Assembly (NCBI GenBank): GCA_043813365.1
Contig: JBDRLB010000026.1
Location: forward strand, 8,587 to 72,586
DNA from: Candidatus Micrarchaeota archaeon
Lineage (GTDB): Archaea; Micrarchaeota; Micrarchaeia; Norongarragalinales; SBBD01
DNA length: 64,000 nucleotides
Direction of reading: 5' to 3'
In this document: positions 10,637-19,538 of the stretch, piece after piece
Layout of the letters: each line of letters begins with the position of its first letter
How positions within the stretch are numbered: position 1 is the first letter of the stretch
Made by a program: the position numbers and the translations under genes
Notes under the pieces: model-generated
The model's database searches: none
The model's input: the letters and a program-made list of their open reading frames with translations, nothing else
Told to the model about the DNA's origin: nothing

Positions 10637-11641
10637 TCACCAATTGAATTCCGCAACCTTCGGGCTGGAAGAGAAGTTCGACTGGTTCGAAATTGTCAGG
10701 TTTGCGGAAACATAGGTTGATTGGCCGGAATACACCGTGAAAGCTGTGAAGTATGGAGTATACCCATCCTTCCTGAATTCAAGGAAATAATTTCCCGGTG
10801 CAAGATGCGTCTGGTAGTACGTGTATCCGAAGAACGGGTAAGGCCACGGGTTGCCTGCCTTATCTATGTAAACTCCTGCTCCGGTTGGGCTGCTGTATGC
10901 GTAAAGCGTCCCATTTGCCGGAATCGGTGTGGGAGTTGCAGTGGGAGTAGGTGTAATAGTCGCATTGGGTGATGGTGAGGGAACCGGAGTCATGTTTACT
11001 ATAAGGTATTCCGTCTGACCTGGATAGACTGTGGAGGTGCCATAGTAATAATTATAGCCTGTTTTTTGCAGGAAAACGTCGTATTGGTTAGCTGGCAAAA
11101 CTATGTTTTTAGGAGTAAGGCCATATGAACTATAGAAATTTGTGCCCGAGATTCTTAGTTGTATCAGTGCACCTGAAGGATTGGTTGTTATTGAAAGAGT
11201 ACCGTTTGGTTGGGGTGTTGGTGAAGGAATGATTGACGGTGAAGGGCTCGGTGAAGGCGTGACATTTAGGATCAAGTTCGCATTAACGGTCAAAGTCCGC
11301 CCTTTGATTATGGTTATGGATTGAACGTATGGCAAGTATCCTGCCTTGGTAAGTTTGAGCGTGTAGGTTCCGGCTGCAACTGAAAACGTCTTTGGTGTTA
11401 TGCCCTTGTAAACCTCATTCAAGTAAATATTTGCGCCTGAAGGATTTGAATACGCTTTGAGAGTTCCGGAACTCACTTTTGGAGCGCTTTGAACGTCATC
11501 TGCAACCGAATCGGTTGTCGTCTGTGTAAGCGCCTTTATTGCCTGCCCGCTGCTGTCCTGCCCCGTAGAAGTGTAAAACAGCACAGCAAAAATCCCCACC
11601 AAAACAATTCCAAATATAATCAGTCCGCGGTTGTCCACCAA
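10637..11641 (-). CDS. PEGA-domain membrane-anchored surface protein with Pro/Ser/Thr linkers.
   Basis: N-terminal TM segment (LIIFGIVLVGIFAVLFY). PEGA-like units (NIYLNEVYKGITPKTFSVAAGTYTLKLTKAGYLP). PSPSPS linkers. Confidence 0.6.
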   Translation of the reverse strand: MVDNRGLIIFGIVLVGIFAVLFYTSTGQDSSGQAIKALTQTTTDSVADDVQSAPKVSSGTLKAYSNPSGANIYLNEVYKGITPKTFSVAAGTYTLKLTKAGYLPYVQSITIIKGRTLTVNANLILNVTPSPSPSPSIIPSPTPQPNGTLSITTNPSGALIQLRISGTNFYSSYGLTPKNIVLPANQYDVFLQKTGYNYYYGTSTVYPGQTEYLIVNMTPVPSPSPNATITPTPTATPTPIPANGTLYAYSSPTGAGVYIDKAGNPWPYPFFGYTYYQTHLAPGNYFLEFRKDGYTPYFTAFTVYSGQSTYVSANLTISNQSNFSSSPKVAEFNW

Positions 11642-11669
11642 ATCACCTGCAAAATAGATGTTAAACCCA

Positions 11670-11683
11670 TTTTATAATATTAT
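11670..11683 (-). promoter_or_regulatory. Palindromic TATA box (TTTTATAATATTAT) for the PEGA gene starting at 11641.
   Basis: AT-rich palindrome centred about 36 bp upstream of the minus-strand ATG. Confidence 0.4.
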
Positions 11684-11741
11684 GCATCGGATTTGAGAAG
11701 AAAAAATCGGGAAAATGCGGCGGGAACGCAGAGTTCGCGCC

Positions 11742-12374
11742 TCAGCCGCTCTTTACTAGAGTCACGGAAACTGTTGTTACCCTTCCCCTTACAACGTCCG
11801 CAGTAGTGTAATAGTTCTCGTAGCCGGCTTTCGTTATCACGACTATGTATGAGTTCGCCTGAAGGCTGAGGCTTACCGGAGTCAATCCCCTATAAAGCGG
11901 ATTAACAAGTACGCCCGGAGGATATACGTCCAATGTCGCATCAACTGGCTTGGTCATTACGGTCAGGGTGCCGTTGGTATTGTTTATGGCTGCTGATGGA
12001 GAAGGCGATGCGGTCACATTCAGCGTAAGGTTTGCATTGACGTAAAGCGTTTCCACCTCCGGCACGGTAATTTGCGCAGTGTAGGGCAAAAAGCCGGCTT
12101 TGCTGAGCTTCAGGGTATATTTGCCCGCCTTGGCGGCAAATGTCTTCGGGGTCGTGCCCTTGTAAACATCATTCAGGTATATGTTCGCTACCAACGGGTT
12201 CGAGTAAACAGAAATCATGCCATTGTAATCCCTTGGTGCAGCGTCGGAATCCTTGGCGTCCTCGACCGCCTTGTACGCTTGACCCCCCGTATCCTTCCCG
12301 GTCGATGTAAGGAACAGGATCACGAATATGCATATCAAAACCAATCCGAAAATGATAGGCCCCTTCTTGTCCAT
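11742..12374 (-). CDS. PEGA-domain membrane-anchored surface protein (paralog of 10637-11641).
   Basis: N-terminal TM segment (IIFGLVLICIFVILFL). Near-identical PEGA unit (NIYLNDVYKGTTPKTFAAKAGKYTLKLSKAGFLP). TATA-like TTTATAATAGG at 12406-12416 upstream. Confidence 0.6.
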   Translation of the reverse strand: MDKKGPIIFGLVLICIFVILFLTSTGKDTGGQAYKAVEDAKDSDAAPRDYNGMISVYSNPLVANIYLNDVYKGTTPKTFAAKAGKYTLKLSKAGFLPYTAQITVPEVETLYVNANLTLNVTASPSPSAAINNTNGTLTVMTKPVDATLDVYPPGVLVNPLYRGLTPVSLSLQANSYIVVITKAGYENYYTTADVVRGRVTTVSVTLVKSG

Positions 12375-12937
12375 CCTTTCACCTGCAGTAAACCAATGCG
12401 AAACATGGTTTATAATAGGATGCGATAAAAAAATGGGCCTGCCGGGAGTTCCACGCCTTGCCCCCTTCTTTCATAAGAAGGTGGCGATTGCGCAGACTTT
12501 ACGTCTGCTGATCGCGCAGCAAGCTGCACGATGGCTCCGCCGCCAAGAAACGCATTTGATTCGCAAATCAAGAATAGTTTTTCTTTTGCGGCGACACCGC
12601 TTTTCTTTTTTCTAAAAAGAAAAGCAAGTCGTTTTGAACCCGGGACATCCAGTTCTCCTAGCCGAACGAAAACGTGTTTCGTCGTCGTATAAGACTAACG
12701 CGCCAAATTCATGGCTGAAGAATGCCTCCAACCTTAAATGGCATGGCGCTCTGGACCAGGCTGAGCTTCTTAAAAGCGGCTGCAAGCAGACGCCATTACA
12801 AGCCCTTCTGAACTTTCATTTCTAAGGCCCGCTATTGTTATGGGCACATGCGTTTTTAAAAGAATTAATCCGGAGCCGCCCTTCCCAACGCCCCACGATT
12901 CCATAAGCCTTTTTAACCAAAGAACCATAACCAGTTC

Positions 12938-13441
12938 ATGATCCACGATGCCGTAGAAAAGCTGGAGGCAAAGGATTTCCTCACCCTTGCGAACGGCGCT
13001 TCGGGCTTCCTTGCAATTTACTATGCTCTCTCATCCAACCCGTTGGCCGCCGTAGTATTCGTGGTCATCTCGGCCATTTTCGATTACCTCGATGGGAGGA
13101 TAGCGCGCGAAACCAGGAAGCCCAACGAATTCGGAAAGGAACTGGATTCGCTTGCGGATGTCATCTCGTTCGGCGTTGCGCCAGCGGCAATTGTGCTTTC
13201 CTCCTCATACTCCTCCTTCGCGCTGATTTTCGCGATTTGCTATGTTTGCGCAGGCCTCATCCGATTAGCAGCTTTCAACATCCAGAAGGAGCAGGGATTC
13301 TACTACGGGCTGCCCATTCCCGCAGCTGCATTGCTCGTTGTCTTTACGTTCTACCTCATCCGCAGCGCTGCACCCTACATGCTGCTTCTCGCAACGGTCT
13401 TGATGGTTTTGAAGGTAAAAATCCGCAAGCCCAGTTTTTGA
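12938..13441 (+). CDS. CDP-alcohol phosphatidyltransferase family protein (archaeal lipid head-group transferase).
   Basis: Motif DGRIARETRKPNEFGKELDSLADVISFG fits D-G-x2-A-R-x8-G-x3-D-x3-D. Multiple TM helices. Confidence 0.65.
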   Translation: MIHDAVEKLEAKDFLTLANGASGFLAIYYALSSNPLAAVVFVVISAIFDYLDGRIARETRKPNEFGKELDSLADVISFGVAPAAIVLSSSYSSFALIFAICYVCAGLIRLAAFNIQKEQGFYYGLPIPAAALLVVFTFYLIRSAAPYMLLLATVLMVLKVKIRKPSF

Positions 13442-13450
13442 TGATCGCAA

Positions 13451-14149
13451 ATGAACAGGATTAAATCCGGGATCCCGGGATTAGACGATTTGATAGAGGG
13501 AGGGTTCCCCGAGAGCTCCAGCATCCTCCTTTCAGGCGGGCCGGGCTGCGGGAAAAGCATCTTTTGCATGCAATACCTCTACAATGGCGCGAAACTTTAT
13601 GGGGAGAAAGGCGCTTACATTACCCTTGAGGAAGGCGCTCACAACCTTTGGTGGAACATGCAGCGCTTCAAATGGGATCTGCTGCCATTGGAGAAGGCGG
13701 ACATGCTCAAAATCTACAAATTCGAGCCATCCTTGAACATGAAGGATGACATTGAAGGCCAGACTAAGCGGATATTGGAGAAGGCGAAGGAGATGGGCGC
13801 AAAGCGGCTTGTAATTGATTCCATCACCGCGTTCTCCCTCTGGTTGGAAGATACGAACAAAATAAGGTTCGCGATGTACAATCTCATCGAGGAATTAAGA
13901 AAGATGGATGTAACAACAATCCTCACCTGCGAAACATCGGGCAAGAAAGATGACCTCTCTCGTTTCGGGGTCGAGGAATTCCTTGTTGACGGTGTAGTCC
14001 TGCTTTATTTCTTCCCTCCCCACAGGTCGATTTTCGTCAGGAAGATGCGCGGCACCAACAATGACAAGCGCGTCCACCCGTTCGAGATTTCGGACAAGGG
14101 GCTTGAGATTGATTCGAGGGAAGAGATGCTGTGGGAATCGTTGAGGTAG
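13451..14149 (+). CDS. KaiC-like/RecA-superfamily single-domain ATPase (RadB/ArlH-like).
   Basis: GIPGLDDLIEGGFPESSSILLSGGPGCGKS Walker A context. VIDSITAF Walker B-like. ~230 aa. Confidence 0.65.
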   Translation: MNRIKSGIPGLDDLIEGGFPESSSILLSGGPGCGKSIFCMQYLYNGAKLYGEKGAYITLEEGAHNLWWNMQRFKWDLLPLEKADMLKIYKFEPSLNMKDDIEGQTKRILEKAKEMGAKRLVIDSITAFSLWLEDTNKIRFAMYNLIEELRKMDVTTILTCETSGKKDDLSRFGVEEFLVDGVVLLYFFPPHRSIFVRKMRGTNNDKRVHPFEISDKGLEIDSREEMLWESLR

Positions 14150-14157
14150 GGCTTTTT

Positions 14158-15042
14158 TTAAATTTCATTCACACTGGCAGTAGCGATTCTTGTTTTTTCG
14201 TGTGTAAGAATTCCAATTATTCCTCTGTTCCCTTCCGCAACATCACTGATTGCATTTAAATGCCCATCTAGCCGAACCATTAAGTTTCTATGAGATTTCG
14301 GGGCAAGCTCAGCAAATTTGGAAAATGTCACATTTTTTCCGCGAATATTATTGTGCTTTAATGCCCCTAATTCACCATTATTTTTAAGTTCTGATACAAC
14401 TATGTTCTCCACGCCGCCTCTATAATCTTCAAGTAAATCGATGAAATCATCGACATATTGGTCAGCTAAAAGTTTATGGCGAAATGTAGTTTCGATTCTT
14501 TGTGCGAGATCTGGAGGCACTTCATGCACATCGTTCGCTATCCTGGCAATTAATTCTCCGAAACCTCCAGAAGTAATATTGCGATATTTCAATAACTGGT
14601 CTATCTTATGCTCCCCCTTTAACTTTCTTAAGACCTTTATTGCATCCAATGACTGATTTCTGAAACGGTTTGCGGCGGTTACTATTCCTCTTACCCTCGA
14701 AGATGGAAGCCTCGCCCCCCCACTTTTTATTGCGAACCGCAAGAATTTTGTTGCCGGCAGATGGTTCTTAACGTCCCGTCCGATTTGCTCAAGCACCGAT
14801 TGATGGTTATCGATGTAATTATCGACAACTGACACATAATTCATCAGAAGCATACTAAGCTCGTATGATCCTTTATTTCTTGATTCTGCTAATGATACCT
14901 GGGCGCATTTTCTCCAAAGTCGGAACAGTGCGGATTTATTTGGGTGAACTCCAATGCCTGCTTCGCGGAGGGCAGGTGTTACTAAACGTCTGCTTTCCAA
15001 GTTAACTAATATTTTTTCTATAAAACGCCTTGTCTTTTCCAC
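14158..15042 (-). CDS. Hypothetical 294-aa protein on a low-GC islet; possibly an Abi/HEPN-like defence protein (speculative).
   Basis: Clean ORF, markedly more AT-rich than its flanks. TATA-like TTAATATTATCA about 25 bp upstream of the ATG, suggesting a leaderless transcript. R-x6-H (RIETTFRH) near the C-terminus. Confidence 0.5.
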   Translation of the reverse strand: MEKTRRFIEKILVNLESRRLVTPALREAGIGVHPNKSALFRLWRKCAQVSLAESRNKGSYELSMLLMNYVSVVDNYIDNHQSVLEQIGRDVKNHLPATKFLRFAIKSGGARLPSSRVRGIVTAANRFRNQSLDAIKVLRKLKGEHKIDQLLKYRNITSGGFGELIARIANDVHEVPPDLAQRIETTFRHKLLADQYVDDFIDLLEDYRGGVENIVVSELKNNGELGALKHNNIRGKNVTFSKFAELAPKSHRNLMVRLDGHLNAISDVAEGNRGIIGILTHEKTRIATASVNEI

Positions 15043-15178
15043 ATTTATCCTTTGTGACCTCTGATAATATTAACCGTTTGGGAACGATTTTCACTCCTAC
15101 TAGTGCAATTATATTCCTGATTTTCCGAATATTTTTAATGGCGATAGATAATGCGAAAAGGACGGGTCGAAGAGTGGA

Positions 15179-15334
15179 TTAAACTAGATCCGTATTGCAC
15201 TTCTTCTGGCCGCAGTTGTTGCAGAACCAGCAGCCGCCGGCGAAATGCATCTTGTGGCCGCAGAGGTCGCATATAATGGAATGGTTGCGTTCCTCTGCAA
15301 CAGGCACATCATCATCCGTTTCCATATGCGGCAT
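15179..15334 (-). CDS. Small zinc-ribbon protein (CxxC...CxxC).
   Basis: CDLCGHKMHFAGGCWFCNNCGQKKC. The longer ORF-track version would overlap the upstream gene, so an internal Met was chosen. Confidence 0.3.
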   Translation of the reverse strand: MPHMETDDDVPVAEERNHSIICDLCGHKMHFAGGCWFCNNCGQKKCNTDLV

Positions 15335-15362
15335 TTGACCCACTATTTTCAAAACTAAGAGC

Positions 15363-16508
15363 TCAAACCACTTTCGCATTGGGGCACCTTGCTGCGCAAT
15401 CGAAGCCGCAGTAAATCGCCCTCGTAAAGCACGTATTCCCGGTTGCATTTGCCTGCGCCTTGTTGCATTCCACATCCTCGATCGTGTTGTCGCAGATATA
15501 ATTGTTCACAAGTATCTCGTTGGAATCCCGGATGTTGATCCCATACTCGTTCTGTATGAAGCTGTTCGACTGGAATACGTTGTCATTTGAAAAGTCGGTT
15601 ATGTGTACTCCGATTCCCCTGCTGTAATAAACCAGGTTGTTCTTGAATACGTTCCCGGAGGAGCCGGCGACGATTTTCAGCCCAGCAGAATTGAAGCTCA
15701 TGTTGTTCCCTTCGAAAAGATTGTCCTTCGACTGCGTCAGCTGCATGCCGAAATTGTTCCTGAATATCTGGTTGTTCCTGATGGTGTTCCTGTCCGAGCT
15801 CACCATCTGCAGCCCGTATTTTATGCTGTTATCCATGAAATTATCGATGATTTTGGAGTCCGTAACCGATGCCATGTAGATGCCCACTTGGGTGCTGTTG
15901 ATGAATGTGCTTTTCTCCACGGACGCGCCCTTCAGCCTTTCGACGAGCACGCCGCCCATATTATTGGAGAAGGTAGATGATTCAACGGAGCTGCCATCAG
16001 CCTTGAATAGCCTTACCCCGATCTCGAACGAGTCGAAGGCGCAATTCTTGACTTTCGTATTGGCATATTCCGTGTATACCCCCGTGGTGTTCTCAGTTGA
16101 TTTGCTGTAAATCGCGAATCCGGCGCAATCAATGGTCACATCTTCCGCGCCCACAACAAAGCACGATTCGCGGGTTGTGATGTCCTTATTCAGCGTCACG
16201 CTCTTGGTGATCCTTCCGCAAGCAACGGGCTCCTTGAATACAATGGTCGGGATGGGCTCATCGGTTGCAGTCGGGGCGATGGTCGGAAGCGGTGCCTGAG
16301 TCGGCAAAGGCGTGGCAGTTGGCGCGTATGTGGGGCTTGGAGACGGCATGCCACTTTCCCTGGATGATTGATAGTAAACGAGGCTGAAAATGATAACGAA
16401 TATCAGCACTACGGCAATTATTCCCCATCTCAGGTAATCCGGCTTTTCAAGCCTGTCAGGCTCCTTTTTTCCCTGCAATTGCGTTCCGGGCACCTGTTCA
16501 TTTGCCAT
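15363..16508 (-). CDS. Membrane-anchored right-handed parallel beta-helix repeat protein (NosD/pectate-lyase-like fold).
   Basis: N-terminal TM segment. Pro/Thr linker (PTATPLPTQAPLPTIAPTATDEPIPT). Repeated units such as NNQIFRNNFGMQLTQSKDNLFEGNNMSFNS. Confidence 0.65.
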   Translation of the reverse strand: MANEQVPGTQLQGKKEPDRLEKPDYLRWGIIAVVLIFVIIFSLVYYQSSRESGMPSPSPTYAPTATPLPTQAPLPTIAPTATDEPIPTIVFKEPVACGRITKSVTLNKDITTRESCFVVGAEDVTIDCAGFAIYSKSTENTTGVYTEYANTKVKNCAFDSFEIGVRLFKADGSSVESSTFSNNMGGVLVERLKGASVEKSTFINSTQVGIYMASVTDSKIIDNFMDNSIKYGLQMVSSDRNTIRNNQIFRNNFGMQLTQSKDNLFEGNNMSFNSAGLKIVAGSSGNVFKNNLVYYSRGIGVHITDFSNDNVFQSNSFIQNEYGINIRDSNEILVNNYICDNTIEDVECNKAQANATGNTCFTRAIYCGFDCAARCPNAKVV

Positions 16509-16558
16509 ATTAGGAAGAAACGTTCAGGGTTTAAATATCTGTTGAGAGTACTGGAATA

Positions 16559-16687
16559 ATGGCAGATTTAATGGATTCGCAGACCGCCGTAATATTTGCA
16601 ATAGCGGCAGTGATCATCATCTGGCTGATGAGCTTCCCCAATTTCCAGAACAAGAAGAAAAAGGACCCTTGGGATTTCCATTTTTAA
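16559..16687 (+). CDS. Putative 42-aa small membrane protein.
   Basis: TTTAAATA about 25 bp upstream of the ATG. One hydrophobic helix (AVIFAIAAVIIIWLM) followed by a KKKK tail. Below the ORF-track length cut-off. Confidence 0.25.
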   Translation: MADLMDSQTAVIFAIAAVIIIWLMSFPNFQNKKKKDPWDFHF

Positions 16688-17358
16688 AATTCGATGCTCT
16701 CGCCAACATCCATCACGTGGACCTGCGCCTTTGTCTCCTTCGCGGCCTTGCGCGCAAATTCGCGGGGATCCGCCCTGATGTTGCTGAACGTATTGTAGTG
16801 CATGGGGATGATGTGGGAAGTGCGGAGCTTCTTTACCGCGGAAAGCGCCCCGATCACATCCATCGTGTACGTTCCCCCAATGGGAATCAGCGAGGCATCC
16901 GCCTGGAATTTGCCCATCCCGAAGAAATCGTAGGTGTCACCTGCGAAGTAAATGCTCCTGTTCCCATCCGAAACGATGTACCCGACGGAATATGCGGATT
17001 GGGGATGCTTTGCCTCGACCACTTTAATGTCGAAACCTTCGTAGCTGAATTCGTCCCCCAAATAAGCGACCACCTTCCGGTTCTCAGGTATTGATATGTG
17101 CTCGAACACGTTTTCAGGCGCGACGATGTGCGCAAAAGTCCTCTCGTAAATCCTTTTCACGTCAACCGGGTCGAAATGGTCGAAATGTTCGTGGGAAATC
17201 ATTATGAGATCTGCGTTTTTCACCTGTTCGGCCGAGTATGCGGGCTGGACAAGCCGCTCCTCCTTCGGATGCGGATTGAGCCACGGGTCAAAAAGTATGC
17301 TCTTGCGGCCGAAATTCGCCTCGAATGCGGAATGCCCCAAATAGGTTAAGGTGACCAT
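16684..17358 (-). CDS. Metallo-beta-lactamase-fold hydrolase.
   Basis: LIMISHEHFDHFD (HxHxDH motif). Confidence 0.7.
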   Translation of the reverse strand: MVTLTYLGHSAFEANFGRKSILFDPWLNPHPKEERLVQPAYSAEQVKNADLIMISHEHFDHFDPVDVKRIYERTFAHIVAPENVFEHISIPENRKVVAYLGDEFSYEGFDIKVVEAKHPQSAYSVGYIVSDGNRSIYFAGDTYDFFGMGKFQADASLIPIGGTYTMDVIGALSAVKKLRTSHIIPMHYNTFSNIRADPREFARKAAKETKAQVHVMDVGESIEF

Positions 17359-17469
17359 GATCGCTCACACCAATATAAGCTGCCAAAACAGAATTAAATA
17401 CCTTATTGTTGCTGCAGGGTAAATATATATGGCGCTCGAAGCAATAATAATGTCCTTTTGGCGGGAAAT

Positions 17470-18366
17470 ATGGGCGTTTCCGATTTTTCCATAATATGGC
17501 TTTTCATTCATTCAATCGGGATTTCCATGGGAATGGTTTTTGGCACTGCTGGCATACCTCTTAGGTGCGAAGGAGGCACTTTGGAGGGAATGCAATGCGT
17601 ATCCGACCTTAAGCTGAAGGCAATGGAGCTGGAGTTCGTCCATAGCGTCAACTTGAAGGAGGAAGGCGCGAAAAAAGTTGCAGACACAGCCGGGAAGTTG
17701 GGGTTGGTGCTTTCAGTTCATGCGCCTTATTACATCAACCTCCTTTCGGAAGAGAAGCATAAGCGCGACGCGAGCAGGATGAGGATAGCCGAGAGCTGCC
17801 GCATCGGCGGGATCGCATCCGCAAGCCGCATAGTTTTCCATCCCGCCTTCTATGGGAAGATGGAAAAGGGAAAGGCGCTTGAAGAGATGAAGGTGCAGAT
17901 TTCGATGATTTTGGATGAGCTTGAGGAAAGGAAAGTCGGCGATGTGGTCCTTGCTCCAGAAGTGATGGGCAAAGTGTCCCAATTCGGCACAATCGGGGAG
18001 AACTTTTCCCTTTCAGCGGAGTTCGGCATCGGCAGTGTAAATCCGTGCATTGATTTCGGCCATCTGCATGCAAGGACAAACGGAGGGCTTAAGAAGAAAT
18101 CGGATTTTGCTGCGATTTTGGATGAGGTAGGGGGGTATGGCAAGAAATATCTCCAAACTCTCCACATCCATTTTGAAGGGATCAATTACACCGAAAAGGG
18201 CGAGAGGAACCACCTGCCAATCTCGAGCAACTCCCCGGATTTTTCGCTTCTTGCGGAGGCGCTGGTTGAAAAGGGCTGCTCCGGCACCATAATCTGCGAG
18301 AGCCCCGAATTGGAGAACGATGCGCTGAAAATGAAGGAAATTTACGAGGGGATTTTGAAGGGCTGA
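17470..18366 (+). CDS. Endonuclease IV-like / xylose-isomerase-like TIM-barrel protein.
   Basis: HAPYYINL, CIDFGHLH and LHIHFEG resemble the three endonuclease IV signatures but are divergent. TATA AAATATATAT at 17421-17430. First ATG at 17470; the ORF track used TTG at 17458. Confidence 0.5.
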   Translation: MGVSDFSIIWLFIHSIGISMGMVFGTAGIPLRCEGGTLEGMQCVSDLKLKAMELEFVHSVNLKEEGAKKVADTAGKLGLVLSVHAPYYINLLSEEKHKRDASRMRIAESCRIGGIASASRIVFHPAFYGKMEKGKALEEMKVQISMILDELEERKVGDVVLAPEVMGKVSQFGTIGENFSLSAEFGIGSVNPCIDFGHLHARTNGGLKKKSDFAAILDEVGGYGKKYLQTLHIHFEGINYTEKGERNHLPISSNSPDFSLLAEALVEKGCSGTIICESPELENDALKMKEIYEGILKG

Positions 18367-18378
18367 AGCTGGATAATT

Positions 18379-19152
18379 ATGGCAATGAAAATGAGCACGC
18401 GGAAGAGGCCTGAGCGGGATGACAAGATGCTCAAGGAGCGGCAGCTGAAATTCTCCGAGCGCACTTTCGACGACTCCACAATTCGCACGCTGAAATTCAT
18501 GATGAACAATGGCATTTTCTCCTCGCTCGATTTCCCGATTCAGCATGGGAAGGAGGCCGCAGTTTACCGGGCAACCAAGGAAATGGATGGGAAAAAGGAA
18601 TTCCTCGCGGTGAAGATTTTCAAATTCGAGGGCCCGTCCTTCATGAAACGGATCGAATACCTCGAGGGTGACAAGCGCTTCCCAAAACCCCGCGGGAGAA
18701 GGGATATGGTCCGGATTTTTGCTGGCAAGGAATTCGCCAACCTGAAAATTTGCGAGCAGGCTAAAGTGCATTCCCCAAAACCCATAAAGCAGAGGGACAA
18801 CATTGTGGTGATGGAATTCCTCGGGGAGGGCGGGGTGCCATCCGACATGCTGAAGGATGTTGAGCTGGATAACCCGGAGGAGGTACTTAGGAGCATCCTT
18901 TCTGACATGCGGAAAATGCATGCTGCAAAAATCGTGCATGTCGACCTTAGTGAATTCAACGTCATGTTCCATAAGGCGAAGCCCTTCATCATAGATGTCG
19001 GTCAGGCGGTCTTGGCCCATCATCCGAGCGCGGAGAGGTACCTTGCCAACGATCTCACCAACATACTCAAATTCTTCGGAAAGCGCGGAGCAGGGCAGGA
19101 TTTCGGGAAAGCGCTCGCTTATATTAAGGGCGAAGCAGAAAATTTCATCTGA
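18379..19152 (+). CDS. rio1: RIO-type serine/threonine protein kinase.
   Basis: RIO-kinase-like lysine context (KEFLAVKIF). IVHVDLSEFNV catalytic loop. ~257 aa. Confidence 0.8.
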   Translation: MAMKMSTRKRPERDDKMLKERQLKFSERTFDDSTIRTLKFMMNNGIFSSLDFPIQHGKEAAVYRATKEMDGKKEFLAVKIFKFEGPSFMKRIEYLEGDKRFPKPRGRRDMVRIFAGKEFANLKICEQAKVHSPKPIKQRDNIVVMEFLGEGGVPSDMLKDVELDNPEEVLRSILSDMRKMHAAKIVHVDLSEFNVMFHKAKPFIIDVGQAVLAHHPSAERYLANDLTNILKFFGKRGAGQDFGKALAYIKGEAENFI

Positions 19153-19177
19153 TTTGCGCAGAAGGAAGGTGAATTGC

Positions 19178-19528
19178 ATGCTTAAGCAGGCGATAGTCAT
19201 AAGGACGGATCTGGAAATGGGCAAAGGGAAGATCGCAGCGCAGGCATCCCATGCCTCCGTTGAGGGCTATATTGAAACCGCCCTCCATAACCCGGAAAAA
19301 TCCGAGGAATGGTGGAGGGAGGGGCAGAAAAAAATCGTGCTGAAAGTCGCATCGGAGAAGGAACTGAAGGATCTTTTCCAGAAGGCGAAATCAAAAGGGC
19401 TTATGGCAATGCTGATACGGGATGCGGGGCACACCCAGATAAAAGCGGGCTCGCTCACGGCGCTTGCAATCGGGCCGGATGATGCGAACAAAGTAGATGC
19501 AATTACCGGCAAATTGAAACTACTGTAG
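19178..19528 (+). CDS. pth2: Peptidyl-tRNA hydrolase, archaeal/eukaryotic type (PTH2).
   Basis: MLKQAIVIRTDLEMGKGKIAAQASHAS is the canonical PTH2 N-terminus. 116 aa. GGAGG/GGTGA upstream. Confidence 0.8.
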   Translation: MLKQAIVIRTDLEMGKGKIAAQASHASVEGYIETALHNPEKSEEWWREGQKKIVLKVASEKELKDLFQKAKSKGLMAMLIRDAGHTQIKAGSLTALAIGPDDANKVDAITGKLKLL

Positions 19529-19538
19529 GCGGTATGAG

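Noticed and set aside
18013-19224. 403-aa minus-strand ORF.
   Set aside because: It is antisense to the RIO kinase, the endonuclease IV-like gene and the pth2 start, and shows no motif. It is spurious.
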